Assembly: GCF_964355755.1 (NCBI RefSeq)
Contig: NC_092674.1
Location: 29,140,001-29,204,000 of the forward strand
Direction of reading: 5' to 3'
DNA length: 64,000 nt
Origin: Antedon mediterranea
Lineage: Eukaryota > Animalia > Echinodermata
Below the pieces are notes generated by a model, which was given only the letters and a program-made list of their open reading frames with translations, did no database searches and was not told the origin of the DNA. Position 1 is the stretch's first letter. Each line of letters starts with the position of its first letter. The position numbers and the translations under genes are program-made. Of this stretch, positions 50,852-63,947 are shown piece by piece.

Positions 50852-53800
50852 TTACACTTTGCTGTCTGTTGTTAATACAGGTGTGTATACAGGTGAACTA
50901 TATGAGTTAACCTCTGGTACAAAGTCTGGGTTTAGTGGGGGGTAACCAGCACGCACACGGTCTTCATCCTTGGCAGGACCCCAGTCATGTGCAGGTTTCG
51001 ATGCCATTACAACACGCTAAAAATAAAACCATTTTTTAGTAAAAAAATAGTTTGATAGAGCATATAGTCAATTCCTAGAGGTCTGCTTTAGAGGTCACAT
51101 GATTTCTTAAAGCTTGTTTCCCACTTGGCTGTAATGCAATGTTGGTAAACTCACTTACATTGCGCCTATGTTATTGTGTCCTGTCAAAGTTTGTATCAAT
51201 TAGCTTATGAATGTGTAATCTATGGTTGTGTTTAGACGTATTTACCTCATGAATATTCATGAACCAAGAGATTGCACACTAGTCATTTTGTAAAATGACA
51301 AGGGAACTTATATCCACCAGCTTAGAGGGCTAGGCAATGTAAAGCTCTGTCTACACTATCAGATGTGATGTGCCCATATATGGACATGATGATGTCATAT
51401 CCCACCATATTTGGGCACTTTTTTGTCAAACTGGTTTGATAGTGTAGACCAAACCTAATGCTGTGTACTGTACTGTATGTGATGCATTGTTTTTAGTGTG
51501 TAGATGAGATATTGAGATGGTTGGCTTTCAGTTTGTTGTGAAAATTTAACAAAATATTAGGCAAGCAAGTATTAAGAAACAAGTGTTATTTTACCTCCCA
51601 GAAACTGTTTCCTTTTTGTTGATATGCAACTATGACGCCAACAACTGGGATGACAGCTACCGATACCAAAGCCAAGAACCATCCAAGGCCCTCAGCCCAT
51701 GGAGGGAATGTATAGTCTCCATATACAGCAGGCGAGTAGAACACAAAGCTTAAGATTAAAATACCCTGAAAGAAATAATATATATATATATATAAACTTT
51801 ATTTATTCATGAGACTGATGTACAGTACAACTCGTTCAATCAACATTGATTCAGTTCATGATATTACAAAATAATCCAACACCATATAAATATGAAAAAA
51901 TGAAAGAAAACATATTGAAATTGAAAAGAAAAATTACAGCAGAATCCAAAACGAAACAGTGCACAGCAATTCACTTAATATTGGAGGACTGCTTGACAGA
52001 ACTATAATTTACTCAGGTAGGCCTAGAATAATAATTTTGTTATAGCATACCATGGTTATTAGTGGAGTAACGAATTTCCAACAAATTTGCAGAGGCATCC
52101 ATGGCATGTAACCGATCATAGCTGCTACATCATTTTTAAATCTATCCATTCCTGCAAACAAGAATTTGTACATAATTTAGATGGGTAACGTTTTATGAGC
52201 AATCCTTGGCATTTTTCTTCCATAACAGGAGAGGATATGTTATCACTGTATGAATGACGGCCAATATATTATGTTTCTGGTAATTCTGAAAACATCTGTA
52301 GGTGTCCCTTAATAGGAGTTCTATGGGAATAAAACAAATTATGAAATATAAACTTACCATAAAGCCAACAGATAATGTAGCACTCAAAGACACCAAGAAC
52401 CATGGGAGAAACACCGGCTGAGTACCAGTCAAAGAGCGTCATTAGGTACACTCCACCCTAGAATTAGTTACAGAGAGATCAAAGTGTATTTATTTACAAA
52501 CATATTTAACATGGATAACATTGTTCCTAAAACAAATGGTCCATGGACTATACAAATACTGGAAACCCAACACCGGACTTTCATTTTGTTGTTATCCATA
52601 TATTAACCACACATTCAGAATATCACATTTCCGGAAAACCTATAGACATAATATTCGGGTGCATATGGTAGAGTAGTAATAATAAATAGTAATCAAGTAA
52701 TTTACAAATATTATTTATTTATTTTAACTCTCCCCCATTAACCAAAAATAAAAGCACAAATATTACAAATATAAAAATAACTGAAATGGTGCTGTACTTA
52801 TTTTTTTTTATACCATATTTTAATGAGGGTGATCCATCCAGCAATTGCTGATCATTAGGGACTCTCAGAGGTTCACAAGACAAACATATACACAAGATGC
52901 TCAACATAAACAAAGTCTTATTACAAGTCTTTGGGAGTGGAGTTGTAATTTTGTCCTTAGAAAAAATCCTAACATGTGACGGGACTCGAACCCAGGACCC
53001 TTGGAATGGTAGCCAAGCATCATAACCACCAAGCCACAACTCAACGTCTGAGTCAAATGTTGTACAAAATTTGCAAAATTACCTCCATAATGAACGGTAT
53101 GCCAAGGAAAAACGAGATGACACAGGTTGCGAACGTGATCCTGTCTTTGTACCTCATAAATCTTCCGGGATAATGATATTCTAACTCATCAACAACTGAC
53201 GTTATCACTGTCTCGAACATTACAAACTAGTAAGCACAAAAAGTAATCATTTCAATCTACAGTTTCTTACAAACTTCAATATAACTGATCTCTAAAATGT
53301 GTTTAATAAAGATGTCAATGAAAAGCAAAAAAACAAATTAAAAAAAACTTGATCAATGATCAAAAACATTACATGTTATAATATGTACTACTCTTAAATT
53401 TAAAAATATTCATTTATCATTTATTCTATATGGTCTTGTCTATAGATTGGGTACCATTTTGAAATTCGATTTTTCATCTTAATTGGCAATTTCAAATACA
53501 GTAGAACACTTCTTTTATGACACCCCTACTAAGGGCACACTTTATAAGAGTTAAAGAAATGAGGATAACCCCTATTTACAGGACACCCAATTAATAAGAC
53601 ACTTTGTTGGGTCTTGAAGGTGTCCTCTTATAGACAGTTCTACTGTATGCAGTTTATTTAATATTTTACACATTTATTTCTTAGCCAGAAAATTTGATTT
53701 GAAGCATCATTAATTTTAAGAATACGCAATACAATATATTTCATCTAAATATATTCCATGCTTTGAGGAAACCTTATAATTTAAAAGGATTTCCGCATCA

Positions 53801-56800
53801 TTAGATGCTGTAATTCACAACATTCATAATAATCATGTCATATTCATGATTTTGAATATTGGTACATTTGGACTCATTCCAACAGACAAGACCATACTTT
53901 ACACTTGTGTTTACTTTATTCTTGTTTACAATAAACCTATTTATATTTGTTATTAATTAACAGTCAACTTTGCCATCTGTCATAAACAGTAACAGTTTTA
54001 ATGGAAAATTCTATTCTAAGAATTTTATGAGAAATATATCATCTATTAAAATTGGTAGTGTCATGAATATTTTTTTAATATTTTTTGTTATAACAATTAC
54101 TGAAAATGACAGATTTTGCAGAAGACTGATTCAGCACACCAACATTTTCTCTTCATTCTTTTCTTTCTTCATCATTTCTTCCCTTTTCATTTACCCCTCC
54201 CTCTCTCTTCAACAGCAGATTCACTTTCTTACAACTAAAATTAGTTGAATTAATATTGTAAAAATAATATGTATATATGTTATATGTAGTATAACCATAA
54301 TCTGGTATAAATTCGAGCTGATAAAATAAGTACTGTACATGGTATATGTATATTTCTGGTCTTCTCCTATTTTAATATTTTAATTGAATCAATGCCTAAA
54401 ATCAAATCCGGTGAATTTTAAGATACACTGCCAACAAATTCCCTGAAAACAATTTGAATTTCTCACACAAAAGACCACCAGAAGTCCATTTTCAACCAAA
54501 CTAGATATAAAAATATCTGATTTGGTTGATTTTACAGATAATTCAAGACTTCAATTTAGGGATAATGTCAAATTATTCTAGTACTGCAGTTACTGCAGTA
54601 ACTATTGAAATCACTGAAACAATGATTTTAGTTTATTTAAATGTAGAAGTAATATATGAGGAAAAGTCACTGTAATAGTGATTACAGAAAAATCTTGCTG
54701 AACAATTGCATAAACAGACAGGTTAGAGTAGAATTAGGTAAAGAAAATGTATATACTGCAGTAACAGCAGTATAATAATTTTGACATGTTCCCTTACTGT
54801 ATATATGATGAATTCAAATTGTATCAGGTCAAATTTTAGGCTTAAAATAAGGTGCAACAAAAGGGTAAAATTGTCAGAAAAACAAATAGGATATATTTTC
54901 CAAATGACCAGAAAAATAATATGCATGTTAATGAAATTTAAAAACAGCTTTTCATGCCTTAAAAAACAATGAAAACAAACACTATTAATACTAATTTACT
55001 GTTGATAAGTACCGTCACCTGTTAGGGTGTTAGACTGCGAGAAACGTTCAGTACACATGCCTCGTTGTTTGCACCCGCAGAGTCTTGTAGAAGAAAACAA
55101 AGTTAAAGAAAAAACAATAGTATCCTAAAACAATCAATAACATACTTAAACTATGGAAAAAATATCCATTTTATTTGTTTGATGAAGAAAAACAAAAGCA
55201 AGCTAGAAACATGCAGTTTTAATTAATGATATACACTTTGACAGAGTCTGGTTATATTATATATTTTATTCAAAGTACTAATACCATGTATTATAGAATA
55301 TCCATCCATAGGATGAAAAAAATCACAAAGATCTTTGACAAAAGATACATTGTCCCCATAAAAAACATTGTTGTTGAATAGGCCATTTTAATTATTCACT
55401 TTTACCGATATTGGAAGAAAAAAAATTTACCCAATAAAACATAATTTAAGGAGACAAATTGAAGCCCATAGTTGTTCTAAACATCTTTTTTTTTATAAAT
55501 TTATTTTATAAAATCATTATTTTGGGTATTTTTTTTTATAAAAGTGAATAAAATAAATAAAACTAAAAAATGCCCAATTCATCTTAATTGTTCATGTTTT
55601 TGGGGACAATATATCTTTGAAAACAGATAACATGACACTTTCTTATTGCCAACAGACATAATGATGGTCATACGCTTCAGTGATTTCATAATCCGCAAGA
55701 AAAAAAAAATTTACCGGAACAAAAACAATGATTTTTATCTTAATTAAATTTTAATGTTATTTGGTAAACATTGCAAAAATTACGTTGGAAATCACTTTAG
55801 TCGACTACAACGCATTATTGGTAATGGAACAGTATCATGTGATGTCATAGCCTTTATTAACTCTATTTGTACTTTTGATGAAAGTTAAGTATTAATTCTA
55901 TGAGTTTAATAACATGCGCTAAAACCAGGTTAGAAAATGTCTTGCCTTTAAGACGTAATGATGATTTTATAGAAACAGGAATTACCCAATAACGATTAAT
56001 GAGAAGAATAAATTCATTTTGTATTTATTTACACAATATAAACCTTTTCTAGTTATATGTTTATATTGAATAATCAATATGGTATTACTACATTGACATT
56101 TTGAAATATAATACAGTAGTAGAAAGCTCTTGTTTAAGAATTTTTGTCCGAAAAGAAAACTTTTCTTAATATATACAATCTTTTTTATTTTGTCTAAATG
56201 TGACCTGATCTCAAACAGTAAAAAAGTATTGTATTCATAAGCATTTTTTTGACCTGGTTAATTCTTCAAGCGTTCTCTACTGTATAATACTTTTATAGAT
56301 ATCTAATTTCGATACAATCAAAAACACCGTCAAATCTTAAAACTGCATATTCTAGCTTTCATTTTCCATTTGTGTTTCTTCATTATTTGTTATAAATGGA
56401 AAATACATTCACATATTATTTACATCTTTAATGAAACAGATATATTTAAAGTATCCATATTATTATGTAAAAGCACGCAATAGTACCAAAATGATACAAA
56501 GGGGAAATACCCATCTTTTTACCAACTAGATCGTATTTTTTTCTTTTAGGAATCATGTCAAATTATTACACTGCAGTTACTGTAGTGACAACATTATTTT
56601 ACTGCAGAAAAGTGTGATTTTTATTTGCATCAATGGATATTAGTTTATGAGGAAGTTAAACAGTGTGTACGATTAACCCAAACAAGTTGCCAATTGCATT
56701 AAAAGGGTAAAGAGTAAAGAAAAATTAGTTACTGCAGTAACTGCAGTAGAACATTTTTGACATGGTTCCTTTAACCTTTTACCACAAACATATCACATGG

Positions 56801-59800
56801 TGTCATCAACAACATCATTCCAATACTCATTCACATTTTTCAAATTCATCAAAATAAAAAAACCGCTATCTCTCCACATGCCATCCACATGAAGTCTTGT
56901 GATTAGGTTTTCATCTTTGCATTATTAAGTAGTTGAATGTTTAGATGTCTGATGTCATGTATGTATAGAAACTATTAAATGTTCTATTTATTTATTTATT
57001 CATTCATCAATATAAATTCAATTTCAATGAAATGATTAATGTCAAAAGGGTGAAATAACACTAAAAGAAGAATCTTAAATATTTATTTAAAAGTATTGTC
57101 AACATTTTATTTTTGTGCTCAAAATGGATTGCACTTTTAGTAAGATTAGAATTAAATGAATTGGAAAATATTTTTAGGTCAACACAATCAATGAATTAAG
57201 TTCCAAATTGTTTTGACAAAACAGGATGTCACAGGCTTCAATTCCTATTGGGGACAGTCTTAAGGAAACAAACCTCAAATTTAGCCTGAAGTAAAAATAT
57301 CGGACCTACTGGCCTAAAATTAATCATATCTGGACTTGTGCACATACAGTACTGTATTTATATTACTGTATTTTACAGTCTAGAACTAAAGTAATTGTAT
57401 TTGGTTATTGACCAAGAGGAATTATAAAATCACTCAATATAAGTAATGCGAGTGAGTGGCCGAGCGGTTAAGACAGTGGAACCGTAATTACATAGCCATA
57501 ACATCAGCAGGGGTTCGAGGCTCACTCACTCCATGGTTCTGGTGGTAGAACGAGTCTTCTCGGATAAGGACTATAAAAAGTAGGTCCAGTGTACACATCT
57601 AGCTCGTGTGCACTTTAAAGAACCTAGTACATCTTTCGAGAAGAGTAGGGGGTTACCCCGGTGTATTAGTACATCACAACCACTGATCACCAACTGGGCC
57701 CTCTGGGAGACCAGTCTTTGACTGAAGAGGTTACCCAGTATAAATATAAATTTCAATTCAATTCAAATGCGCACAGCCAGGAATTGAATTGGTCTATAGA
57801 AATTTTGCAAGAATATCTGTGAGGAGCAATTAAATATAATTATTGTTATATATACATTTTATATTATAACTATTATATTGTAGGTTTTTAGTCTTTAAGA
57901 TTACCAGATATCGAAATAATCTATTTACATTTGAGTGGTTCACATTAATAATGTATGTGCACAGGAATTATTTTGCAAGACCATCAGAGTGTGACTGACA
58001 TCTTGAATTGAATGAATACAGCTGTATATCAAGAACCATCAGACTTTCAGAAACATGATTGAAATGATGTGTTCAAATGTTTGTCATGACAAAGGGGTCA
58101 AGCAAAGATGACCTTGAATGACTTGATTATGATTTATGTGATAATAATAATAATAATTCAATGAGTTTCCTTTTCAACCATAACCTTCACAATAAAATTA
58201 AATTCTCACAACTTTTAAAAAGCGATCTTCGTTGTAAACTTCAACCAACATTTCACCATCATTTAATACAGTATTAACTCTCTATATTTATTATCAGTGT
58301 TTGTGATAAAATCATTTGATTACATTTTATTTTCAAATAATTTTCAAATAGAAATATTAAGATTACCGTGAAATTGATCAGTGGACAATCTGGCGCAAAT
58401 AAAATCTCTTGATTATACAAAGTACAATAAGGTTACTTTCACATCACAGACTATACCATGATTAATTTAAAACATTTTTTGGCAGCATAATAGTACAGTA
58501 TTTATATAGATTTATGCCACTGTAAATCAAATTTTCAATCCAATAATGTCACTACAGTACTTTAGTTTTCAATAAAATGTCAAATTTTCAATCCAATAAT
58601 GTCACTACTTTAGTTTTCAATCAAATGTCAAATTTTCAATGAAATGTCACTATAATTTTCAATTAAATTTGACTAATTTTCAATCAAGTGGCAATAAATT
58701 TCAATCAAATGGCAATAAATTTCAATCAAATGTCACTATAATTTTCAATCAAATTTGACTAATTTTCAATCAAATGCCAAAATTTAATTTATGATGTTAA
58801 TCATCAACTCAATCTACTTTCCATTTTAATTGAATAAGATTCAAGAGATTAAAAACCACAACTTACCTCACTATCAAGACCAACAATGAAAAGCATGAAG
58901 AAAAATAAAAATGCCCACAACTGAGGGCAAGGCATCAATGAAACTGCCTCCGGGTAGACGATAAAAGCGAGGCCAGGTCCTATTACAATGCAAGAAATAA
59001 CAACAGAAATCAACTAAAATACAGTATGTCTAAAAAGCACAATGTATTAGAAAATCTAGAAAACAGTGTATAAAAATAAAATCTACTCGAGGCCAAACAG
59101 ACAATGGTAAATAAAAGTAAAGATATTGCAAAACTTTACCAGTTTAGTTTGATGTAAATTATTTAGATTAAAATAGGTGTCTAAGTAGGGTACAGGTACT
59201 TTATCACACAAATTCATAATCCAATCTACATGGTAAATGGATGGGTACAGGTACTTTATGGTTATAATAACTTCATCCATTTACCATGTAGATTGGATTA
59301 TGAATTTGTGTGATAAAGTTATTATAACCATGTGACTATGTGGCGTCGGTTTATTTAAATTTTTTTTTTTTTTTAAATACTAATAATTTATTTATACACT
59401 TGTAATTTGTTCTTGACCTATGGAGAAATTTGTACTCTGTATTCTTTTTTCCGAAATGAAAGATGAAATGAAATTATACATTATTTGTTTACAAATTTCA
59501 TTGCTAAATGCCCAGGTTGTACTAATAAAACTAAAAGTTTTCATAAAATCCAGTATGATCTTGAATTTATTCAAAAAATTATTAACATCTTCATTTTTGG
59601 CAATGAATTATAAAACCTAATAATAAATGTCAAAATTAATATTATAAATTGGATGATATTTTAACCTTAATGTTCGAGAATATTGGCACAGAAATTATGA
59701 TTTTTTTTTTCTGGTTTACTGTTTACTGTGGGCCGAGCATGGAGGTATTAATTTTATACTCTGGACAAGTGAAATTGGGTTTTATTTTTCACATTTTTTT

Positions 59801-62800
59801 TTACTGTAGGCACACAAATTGTATGTTGTGATAAAGTTTAGAAAAAGCATAAATTGAATTTCTTTTTTTTTTCTTTGAACAAATAAAATCCTTATAACTA
59901 TCATTTTATATACCCATATTAATCAAATATTTTGTTGTTAAAGATGTACAGTATTGTCCCCACAAACCAAAAAAAAATGAAGGTTATTAAAATCAGACTT
60001 TGAATAGGCCACATTGCAGTTTTAATAGTTTAAAAGTTATTTACTTCCGTAGAAAAAAAGACAGAACTAAAATAATGATTTCATCAATATTCAAACATCA
60101 ATAGGATCGTTCAAAAATATTGGCAAGATCGCATGTTATCAGTAATGATTCGACATAGACTACCAACAGCTTGTCTATCAATTTATTATAACAGTAGGCC
60201 TACCTACCATGGCAATTATGCAAATGTTATGCAAATGATAAGTCATAAGAACAAGTTAAGGGTAGTGTCGACAACTTGAATGTTTTGGTACTTAGTTAAA
60301 TAGGTTTATAATTATGTATGTCAAGATTGATTTATTTGTAATCTAACATGTGAAAGTTCTGTTAATATTGCACAAAGCCTGAATACCATGTTTTTTATTA
60401 TTTTATTGCATTTTAATCAAAGCACATGCTGATAATTTCCTCCTTTTCCTCATACAACAATTGAACAATTTATAACGACACACACTTTACATCTTGCATG
60501 GGTAAAAACAATTTTGGTCGGGTTTTATAAATTTTGTTTTTAATTTTATGTTGTTAAAATTAAAGATGTATTGAAATATGAAGATTATTTAAATTGTTTA
60601 GATCCAATTCTTAGTTAAAATGGCATATGCAACAAAAACAATTTTAACAATTACTTTTCAAGGAGACAATACATCTTTATCTTTCATTTCAGTTTCTACT
60701 AAATAATTCATAGTTAGAAAAGAGGTGAGTGGGGCTTAGCTATGTTTTGAATTTATGAGAGCATAAGAAATATATACCTGATTCAACTACTTTCTCAACT
60801 GGTACCCCAGCGTCCTGAGCCATGAAACCTAGAATTGAGAATACGACAAAGCCTGAGAAGAGACTAGTACAGCATCCACTAATAACAATGTTGATTCCGC
60901 TCCTAAAAAAAGAATGAAAACAGATAATAACAATGATTAATCAGATTAATTAATGATTGGTCAGAATGTAGCTTGAAAAAGAGAATCACATGTATAATAC
61001 AATGGTAAATATGGTTGTTTTATATGAAACTGGAGAAAAAATGACAATTAGACTGTTTAACAACTCAACAGTTCTTTAGTGGCGGATCCAGCATTATAGA
61101 CTAGGGGGGCTAAATATTTATTAAAAGATAAAAACGATCTGTCAGGTTGCAGAAAAATAAAAATAGTAATTATTTTGTTTTAAAAAGTTAAATTTTAGGG
61201 GGGTGGGGAGGGGGTGGTTGGTATAATGCCTGTTTGGTATAATGCAAACTTTGGTAATGGTAATTAATACTGAGGCATAATATTGAAATTTCATAGTTTG
61301 CAAAAAAAGACTGTTAAAAGATAACTTACCTAAGGATGTCTTTGTTAAACTTATTGTAACTTGCCAAAGTCAACATTCCACCCCACGCCGCGGCAAAAGA
61401 ATAAAATACTTGGTTAGCAGCGGCGCGCCATACCTACAGTACAAGAAAAAAATCATTATTCAAATTAATATTTTTGTTTTTTTTGTACTTATTTTACAAG
61501 ATTAAATTATAGTCTTAAACATATAAATGGTAATTTTTCTGGCTGTTTTACTTTGTTTTGATTTAGCTTTTCGCTTTTTTTTTGTTTCTCTATTGAGATC
61601 CAGCCACTGATACCCACAGCATTGTCATTTTCCAGTAATTTGCCTTTGAATTTATATATAAATTAAATATGGCCACAAAAGTTTTAAAAAAATACTTAAT
61701 ATAATAAAATTAATAATAAAATAATTGAAATTATTGTTGTTGTTTACCTTTAAATCTCCGAGTTTAGCAAAATCAGGTTTGATGAAGAAAATGATTCCAT
61801 CAATAGCGCCTGGAAGTGTAACACCGCGGATGAACAGGATGAAAAGCAACACAAATGGAAAAGTAGCAGTGAAATAAACAACCTTTAAAATAAATATCAT
61901 TAAATTTAATTGAATACACACTTCGACAGTAAAGTGACAATGCCTTTAATAAAAAATACTTTAAAAAACAGGGGCAGATCCAGGATTTTAAAACAAATAA
62001 ATAATATTAATAGTATAGATATATATTTCTATAATATTGATATCAAAATTAGTTATGAAGTGAATTTTAACTGTCAAAAAGAGGGAGGAGGGCAACCACA
62101 TGGATCCACCAATAAAAAATATGCATAAATACTACATTTTTCCCTTTTTTAGATTTTAGTATCTGTATTGTTTACACAATTTTCATTTAAAAAAAAAATA
62201 ATCTGTATTCAATTAGTTTTACAATTCTCATTTCATGAATTGATTGAATAGGCATACTATTACTACATTTAAAAAAAGACAAAGAACTTTAAATATTGTA
62301 AATAGCCAATCAATACATTTTAACACCAGATATACACAATCCTGTAATCAAATTAAACTAAATCATATTCAAAAAAATCATCTGCTTTTGTTCACACTAT
62401 TTCAATGAATACTTGATACAATGGTTATTATTCTGTTCAGTGTGATCACAAATCCACTATGTCCATATCATAAACAACAACTATAAAACCATTATTTCAT
62501 TCTGTGTCGATGGAAAACCACACCACAGCTATTGTGCTGTAAATTACAATTTTCACATAATTTTAGATTATTTAATTAATTAATTAATTCTTAATTTTCA
62601 CAACAATAATTGAAATTGGATAATAATTAAATTATTGCATAATTTTGTTGTGAACAATATTTTTAAGAAAAATTAGCAGATGATGTTTTATATGTTGGAT
62701 TGACAATGCAACTGTTTGGTGTCATTTTTAATTCAATTTTTTGTACTCAATCTCAGCATATTTATAATGTTCAGAACAAATTCATTAGATTCCTTACTCG

Positions 62801-63668
62801 CACTTGTCCTAATTATAATGTTTCTCTTATTTCTCTTGAAAATCGTAGAGTTGTTTTTGATATGGTTTTTTTATACAACTCATTCAATTCTGTTTATGAT
62901 TGTCCTCTTGTTGCTTTGTTTAAGTTCAATATACCAACTCGCAGCAAGTGTTTGCTTCACGTTCCTTGTGGTCGTGTTGAATGCACAAAACAAGGTATTT
63001 TTCAGCGGTTACCTAACACTTAATAGGTTACTTGTTTGGATATTGATTTATTTTATGATAGTTTAAATGTATTTAAGGGTAAAATTGTTAAATCTCTTTA
63101 ATGTTGTCTTCTTTGTTTATGTTTTTGTTGTTTATTTGAATACATTTTATAGTTTATTAAGTTTAGATTCAACCTGTTAGTGGCGGTTTCATCGCTGTTG
63201 GTTGACAACTGAATAAAATAAATAAATGGACATATTTTTTTTACAGAATCCTTTATTCGAGTGTGAATAAAAACTTGATTAATTTCTTTAGATAGGAATT
63301 AGTTGCTGATTCTGTGTACATAAATGAAATGTAACAACTATAAACCAAAGGAATACTATTCTACAATAAGAGACATCAAGGATTTCAAAAGACAACCATT
63401 TACAGTTATTTGGCATTATTTCTACATAGCTACTAGATTAACATATAAAACCCAGATTACTACTCTATTGAGTATTCTCAAAGAATTAGGTTCACAATTA
63501 TTTGTATTTGAATTGAATGACTCGGTGGTATTACCTTTCCAGAAGAATGAATTCCTCTGATCAAGCAGAGATAGACAACAACCCAAGCGATAAAGAGACA
63601 AAGCAACAGTTCCAATCGTACACTACCAAGATCATGTAGTCCGTCGCTGATTCCCAACACTTTATGCC
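50852..63668 (-). CDS. SLC6 sodium/chloride-dependent transporter, GlyT-like (paralog C); 5'-partial
   Basis: Exons approx. 63668-63535, 61882-61748, 61434-61331, 60903-60778, 58980-58868, 53227-53083, 52458-52358, 52151-52051, 51766-51596 and 51016-50852, homologous to exons 4-13 of A and B. Ends TDSKV*. The first three coding exons lie beyond the window. Confidence 0.92.
51342..51455. mobile_element. PIF/Harbinger-like MITE (agctctgtctacac family)
   Basis: aagctctgtctacactatca ... tttgatagtgtagacc. Confidence 0.7.
52795..53040 (-). mobile_element. tRNA-derived SINE with A-rich tail
   Basis: Minus strand gtggcttggtggttatgatgcttggctaccattccaagggtcctgggttcgagtccc (A and B boxes), an unrelated body, then taaaaaaaaataag. 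Confidence 0.65.
53499..53648. mobile_element. Tc1/mariner (pogo/Tigger-like) MITE
   Basis: TA-cagtagaac ... gttctactg-TA termini with internal ggacacc / ggtgtcc repeats. Confidence 0.65.
54558..54797. mobile_element. MITE with actgcagttactgcagta subterminal motif
   Basis: atgtcaaattatt..actgcagttactgcagta ... tactgcagtaacagcagta..aattttgacatg. Second copy at 56548-56773 and a fragment at ~38825-38990. Confidence 0.55.
55341..55620. mobile_element. Kolobok-like MITE
   Basis: aaagatacattgtcccca ... tggggacaatatatcttt TIRs. Confidence 0.6.
56548..56773. mobile_element. MITE with actgcagttactgcagta subterminal motif (copy 2)
   Basis: aggaatcatgtcaaa ... tttgacatggttcct inverted termini. Confidence 0.55.
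57449..57766 (+). mobile_element. Full-length tRNA-derived Deu/Nin-domain SINE
   Basis: A box tggccgagcggttaag, B box gggttcgagg, Deu-like core gataaggactataaa..aggtcc..tgcactttaaagaacc..tttcgagaagagtagggggttaccccggtg, (ttcaa)n tail, and aatgcg on both sides. Confidence 0.8.
58505..58790. repeat. Degenerate AT-rich tandem repeat (aattttcaatcaaatgtca-like)
   Basis: About 12 imperfect recurrences of ttttcaatcaa. Confidence 0.7.
59198..59319. repeat. Perfect 46-bp inverted repeat with 30-nt spacer
   Basis: actttatcacacaaattcataatccaatctacatggtaaatggatg at 59198-59243 and its exact reverse complement at 59274-59319. Confidence 0.9.
62700..63230 (+). mobile_element. 3' fragment of a CR1/L2-like LINE
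   Basis: ORF2-tail-like [31 protein letters not shown], then a 3' UTR ending in (aataa)n. Confidence 0.65.
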
Positions 63669-63947
63669 TATAAAGAAAACAAATCTTGAATTATTTTTTT
63701 TTACACTGTACACAGTTTTACTAATGTAGCTGACATGCAATTACTTAATAATGCTTTGAAATATTTTATATTGAAAGGACGGAATGCTTTACAATGATAT
63801 GTTTTACATTGGCTTGCAGCCAATTCCATTTTGGCGCCAACCAGACAATTCATTCCCAGGCAAGTATAAAATACCTTTTTTAAAAGTATTATTATTATTA
63901 AATATCCTAAATAAATCTCATACAATCAAACTATAATAACCACAGCA

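Noticed and set aside
52970-53040. Possible tRNA gene (ACC anticodon-like loop)
   Set aside because: Poor acceptor stem, and it continues into a SINE body with an A-tail; treated as a SINE head.
61078-61610. hAT-like inverted ends (agtggcggatcc / gatccagccactg) enclosing an SLC6-C exon
   Set aside because: The exon is at its ancestral position in all paralogs and there is no TSD; more likely two independent fragments.
37461-63668. Assigning SLC6A5 or SLC6A9 symbols, or calling monoamine transporters
   Set aside because: Mixed GlyT1/GlyT2 features leave orthology unresolved without a tree. TM1 has Gly rather than the monoamine-binding Asp in A and B; TM1 of C is outside the window.
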